From positions 1,796-65,795 of the forward strand of contig JAZNBN010000020.1 in NCBI GenBank assembly GCA_045587125.1: a stretch of DNA of 64,000 nt, given 5' to 3'. Within the stretch, counting starts at the first letter, position 1. Every line of letters starts with the position of its first letter. The stretch is from Candidatus Enterousia sp. (lineage in GTDB: Bacteria; Pseudomonadota; Alphaproteobacteria; Rs-D84). Positions 60,800-64,000 of the stretch are shown here, one piece after another. The notes beneath the pieces are model-generated. The model was not told the origin of the DNA. It did no database searches and worked only from the letters and a program-made list of their open reading frames with translations. Both the position numbers and the translations under genes were made by a program.

Positions 60800-62165
60800 A
60801 TTCAACCAATTTCCAACCCGTAAATGTATAACCTGGTTTAACTGGGTCAGCTGGGATTGCAATACCTTGATCATAAAAACACATGCCTTGGAGACCCATT
60901 TCACCGTTGTCAGGATTCCAATTAATATTTATCTTGTTGTTTTTACAATAGGTTATTTCGCCGTATGCTTCTGCGATTGAACTACTTGATGTCCAGAACG
61001 GAGTAAAACCAACGTCGTCAACAAAATCGAATTCTTCGGCAGACATTGGAGATTTGATCCATATATTATTAAATGGTATAGACTTATAACTGGCTATAAG
61101 CAGTAAAGTCCAATTATTTAACAATTCTGGATTATTCATAATTTTTGCGCTAGATTCTGTACTTACCATATTCAACACAAATTCAATTTGTTCTTGTTCT
61201 GTCAAATCATTTGGTATATTTATACTACCATTAGATATACCGTTTAGTATTTCTGTGTCGGCACTTGGTATCATTAAAGCAACCTGTCTTATCCACAGAT
61301 TATTTCCAGATTCTTCGTGCACAAAATTTTGGTTATAAGATATGCATTGTTTATGTTTGTCACAGTTTGTCATCGGCAAATCTGTACCATCCTGTTCGTT
61401 TTTAATAAGTTCATATAAAAACGCTTTCATGTCCGTTCTAAAAAACAAAACTTGTCCTGGTTTTAAAACTTGGCAAATGGATGAGTGTTCAGTCCATGGA
61501 TAGGAATTTCCTTGTATTCCGCGACCGTCCCAAGAACATGCAAACATTCCGACCAAATCTTCCTCTAAAACATCTGGTGTTTCGGGGTCATCTGGTTTAA
61601 ATATGTCTCTATTGGCGATTTCTTCGGCGGATATAGTTATTTTGGTATAACCGGCTTCGCATTCAAAATCTATGCTACAAAACTGTGGTATAGTATCACA
61701 TGTATTTTGACCATAAAACTGTTTACCATTACTGGTTGTTGTGCCATACGTACAATTTTGCGAATTTTCTGGGCATGCGTTTTGTATGCATGCTAATTCA
61801 CAGCCCATGTAACATTCGGATTCGGCGGTGGCGGCGGTGTCTGATGTATAATCGGCGGGGCATGCGTTTTTACTGTTATTTGCCTCGACTGTGAACACGC
61901 CGCCGGGACAATACGACCCGGTGGGGCATTCGGTGCAGTTCAGTGTCGTTTCATCCAGGTATTGCCCCGCCACGCATTCGTAACTGTTCAGCGACCATGT
62001 CGCAATTGTATTTGCCGTCGCATTATTGTCCGACACGCCCAGGACGTCAACCGTACATGTACCCGCCCCGCCCGTAATTTTTTTGTCTGTGGTGGCCGTA
62101 TCGTCCGCGAATGCGCTGTACACGGTCATAATAAATGCACTGGATAAAAACAAAAACTTTTTCAT
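60798..62165 (-). CDS. Secreted Cys-rich surface protein with C-terminal InlB B-repeat-like motif
   Basis: Signal peptide MKKFLFLSSAFIMTVYSAFA, CxxCPxGxYCPG modules, C-terminal PADPVKPGYTFTGW; strong SD aaagggga. Confidence 0.82.
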   Translation of the reverse strand: MKKFLFLSSAFIMTVYSAFADDTATTDKKITGGAGTCTVDVLGVSDNNATANTIATWSLNSYECVAGQYLDETTLNCTECPTGSYCPGGVFTVEANNSKNACPADYTSDTAATAESECYMGCELACIQNACPENSQNCTYGTTTSNGKQFYGQNTCDTIPQFCSIDFECEAGYTKITISAEEIANRDIFKPDDPETPDVLEEDLVGMFACSWDGRGIQGNSYPWTEHSSICQVLKPGQVLFFRTDMKAFLYELIKNEQDGTDLPMTNCDKHKQCISYNQNFVHEESGNNLWIRQVALMIPSADTEILNGISNGSINIPNDLTEQEQIEFVLNMVSTESSAKIMNNPELLNNWTLLLIASYKSIPFNNIWIKSPMSAEEFDFVDDVGFTPFWTSSSSIAEAYGEITYCKNNKININWNPDNGEMGLQGMCFYDQGIAIPADPVKPGYTFTGWKLVE

Positions 62166-62196
62166 GTGTGTTCTCCCCTTTCTTTGTAGTAAATAT

Positions 62197-62221
62197 AAAA
62201 ACCGTCACTAAGTTTGACGGT
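62197..62221 (-). terminator. Leader (attenuator) terminator upstream of the surface-protein gene
   Basis: Minus strand accgtca-aacttag-tgacggt-ttttatattt, about 30 nt before the ATG. Confidence 0.75.
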
Positions 62222-62300
62222 CGGGGAGTTCACAAATCATTTCAACATTGATTCTGATGCTTTCGGGTTGTCCCTGTTGTATAACAATCAGCCCCCCGAC
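62220..62300 (-). ncRNA. C4/CI-like cloverleaf antisense RNA (candidate)
   Basis: 81-nt minus-strand gtcgggg...ccccgac closing stem with internal arms ctgat..atcag and aatca..tgatt; loop and linker complementary to upstream 62379-62409. Confidence 0.6.
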
Positions 62301-62432
62301 TGCGTATCAGTCAGGGATAATTAACGATGCAAAAAACATGGGTAAATATTGGACTTACGATGTTTGTATTTTGCACCGGTTGAAATAGGCTTGTGACAGC
62401 CCCGAACCGACATCCCTGTCAGTTCAATGTTT

Positions 62433-62461
62433 ATTCTACTAAAATTTGGGATTTATTACAA
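62433..62461 (-). promoter_or_regulatory. Sigma70 promoter driving the leader RNA
   Basis: Minus strand TTGTAA-17 nt-TAGAAT. Confidence 0.65.
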
Positions 62462-62537
62462 GGGGATTTTTATTACTGTATTTTGTTGACAAATAAACGT
62501 CTTGTGTAATAATATACTATATAAGGTATTAATTATT

Positions 62538-63383
62538 ATGAATCACGGTTGTAATAAAATTAGTTTTGCAATTAAAAACACAAATTGGTGCAATTTGCGT
62601 TGTGCACACTGTTGTGAAAACAGCAGTCCCAATGTTGTGCCAAATATTATGCCACTGAAATACGTTGAAAAATATATTGCTGAATTTAACGCAATGCCAT
62701 TGCCAAAGTGGGAACATATGGTTTTTACCGGTGGTGAAGCGATGGCACCCTATTTCCACAAAAGAATGGAATATATACCACAATGTCTGGATATTGCGTC
62801 ATCGTATGGCATGGTGCCATTTGTAAAAACAAATGGTGTTTGGGGTATGAATGATGAATTGCGTCACCGTATTTTGCGTGACTTTGCCAATGTTGCATAC
62901 AAAAACGACAAGATGATGTCTATGGATATTTCTGTGGATGCGTTTCATAATAATAACAATGCAGTTGTTCGTATTTTAAATGACGTTGTTCGCAGTGATT
63001 ATTTAGCACCGGCTGTACGTATTTCTTTGGTTGGTTTAAATGATACGAAATCTCGTGTGGTGTTTACGCATTTGTTGAACGAATTGCGTGCCAGTGGTTT
63101 GGATGTTGATATTGGTGATGACGGTAATTTAGTGCTGTGGGTGCCGTATGTGCGTGGTGTATCTGTGTGTTATGATTTAGGGGCAAATATCAACAAAATC
63201 GGACGTGCCGCAGAAAATAATTTAGGGCAAATTGTGCCAGATGGTCGTCCCCATATATCAGATGGTCATTGTTTGGAAATAGATAATAATGACGTTGCAA
63301 AATTAAACTATAAATATGCGACACCTGTTGCCGGCCGTCCTATGTTTGATGTTGTAAAAGAATTAATGTCAAAGGTAAGATAA
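62538..63383 (+). CDS. Radical SAM protein
   Basis: CNLRCAHC CxxxCxxC motif, FTGGE, KTNG, ISVDAFH; no SPASM Cys cluster seen. Confidence 0.85.
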   Translation: MNHGCNKISFAIKNTNWCNLRCAHCCENSSPNVVPNIMPLKYVEKYIAEFNAMPLPKWEHMVFTGGEAMAPYFHKRMEYIPQCLDIASSYGMVPFVKTNGVWGMNDELRHRILRDFANVAYKNDKMMSMDISVDAFHNNNNAVVRILNDVVRSDYLAPAVRISLVGLNDTKSRVVFTHLLNELRASGLDVDIGDDGNLVLWVPYVRGVSVCYDLGANINKIGRAAENNLGQIVPDGRPHISDGHCLEIDNNDVAKLNYKYATPVAGRPMFDVVKELMSKVR

Positions 63384-63384
63384 T

Positions 63385-63411
63385 AAAATGCCCCGTTCGG
63401 GGGCATTTTTT
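63385..63411. terminator. Bidirectional terminator
   Basis: aaaatgcccc-gttcg-ggggcatttttt. Confidence 0.85.
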
Positions 63412-63426
63412 ATTTAGCCGATATAG

Positions 63427-63701
63427 TCTTGGTCGGGTTTTCTTCCAACGCCACAATCCAAAAATAAAACCGACCACAAGGGTCGGCTATATTTTTGGTG
63501 CGGGCGAAGGGAATGTCTGATTCCCATGTTCGTTTTCACTCCATGGGCCCCTTTCGCTACGTAAGACTCGAACTTCGTATTCACTTGTTCTCGTCAACTG
63601 ACGCCCCGAACCCTCTTGGTCGGGTTCTCTTCCAACGCCACAATCCAAAAATAAAACCGACCACAAGGGTCGGCTATATTTTTGGTGCGGGCGAAGGGAA
63701 T
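63427..63701 (-). repeat. 88-bp direct repeat (187-bp period) containing the tRNA-Gly 3' end, its terminator-like hairpin and downstream flank
   Basis: 63427-63514 and 63614-63701 identical except for one base. Confidence 0.9.
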
Positions 63702-63756
63702 CGAACCCTCGTCTTCAGCTTGGGAAGCTGACGTGCTGCCATTATACCACGCCCGC
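63683..63756 (-). tRNA. tRNA-Gly(CCC)
   Basis: GCGGGCG acceptor stem, TCAGC-TT-CCC-AA-GCTGA, GGTTCGATTCCC, CCA; 74 nt. Confidence 0.95.
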
Positions 63757-63812
63757 AGATGCGAAAAATATTATATCAAATATCGTGTCATGTCCAGAAA
63801 ATAAAATGGTAA

Positions 63813-64000
63813 TTATTCGCACAGTTCAACTGCGTAATATTTGCCAGATATTTTGTTGCCACAGAATAAACGGTAATTACATTTGTTGTTTTCAAAACCT
63901 AATTTCTTTTTTGTGGCGTATGGTATTATATTTACCAGACATTTATCGGATGTGATATACTGTTCAGGTTTTTCAATGGATAAAAAACGGGCTGTTTTGG
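63813..64000 (-). CDS. 3' end of a hypothetical protein (partial)
   Basis: Open frame KTARFLSIEKPEQY...YYAVELCE* runs off the window edge. Confidence 0.5.
   Translation of the reverse strand, partial: KTARFLSIEKPEQYITSDKCLVNIIPYATKKKLGFENNKCNYRLFCGNKISGKYYAVELCE

Noticed and set aside
62166-62430. T-box or known metabolite riboswitch as the explanation of the leader
   Set aside because: No T-box GGTGG.ACC element and no TPP, FMN, SAM, cobalamin or c-di-GMP core motif was recognised. A covariance search is still needed to exclude them fully.
63495-63731. 78-aa ORF
   Set aside because: It is antisense to tRNA-Gly and its duplicated 3' end.
1-64000. Alternative genetic code
   Set aside because: Core genes are full length under code 11, and TGA ends secA and rsmH at the expected positions.

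Overview
64 kb of an AT-rich, gene-dense bacterial chromosome. GcrA, an EnvZ/OmpR-type pair, lpxAB, tolQRA, bamD and an RpoH-like dnaK promoter indicate an alphaproteobacterium. Short intergenic regions, broken-up operons and many Cys-rich secreted orphans suggest a reduced-genome lineage (e.g. Rs-D84/'Ca. Enterousia'; inference only). Housekeeping genes include leuS, bamD, murJ, rlpA, rpiB, lpxA/B, tig, rpsI/rplM, ruvB, ybgC-tolQRA, rnpB, secA, dnaE, rsmH, gpmI, tadA, rsmD, rplY, dnaK, pfkA and four tRNAs; orphan genes are interspersed among them. Main finding: a ~260-nt leader (62166-62430, minus strand) holds a phage P1-C4/P4-CI-like cloverleaf RNA, its complementary upstream target and an overlapping terminator/antiterminator. 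It sits in front of a compositionally mosaic InlB-B-repeat surface-protein gene, with no phage genes nearby. Other notable items: two ACP-like proteins lacking the phosphopantetheine serine, a protein with five tandem Xis/MerR-like wHTH repeats, an alpha/beta hydrolase lacking its catalytic triad, a minimal RNase P RNA, 3'-end duplications after rpsI and tRNA-Gly, and a Firmicutes-type LeuRS. No CRISPR array, transposase, integrase or reverse transcriptase was seen.
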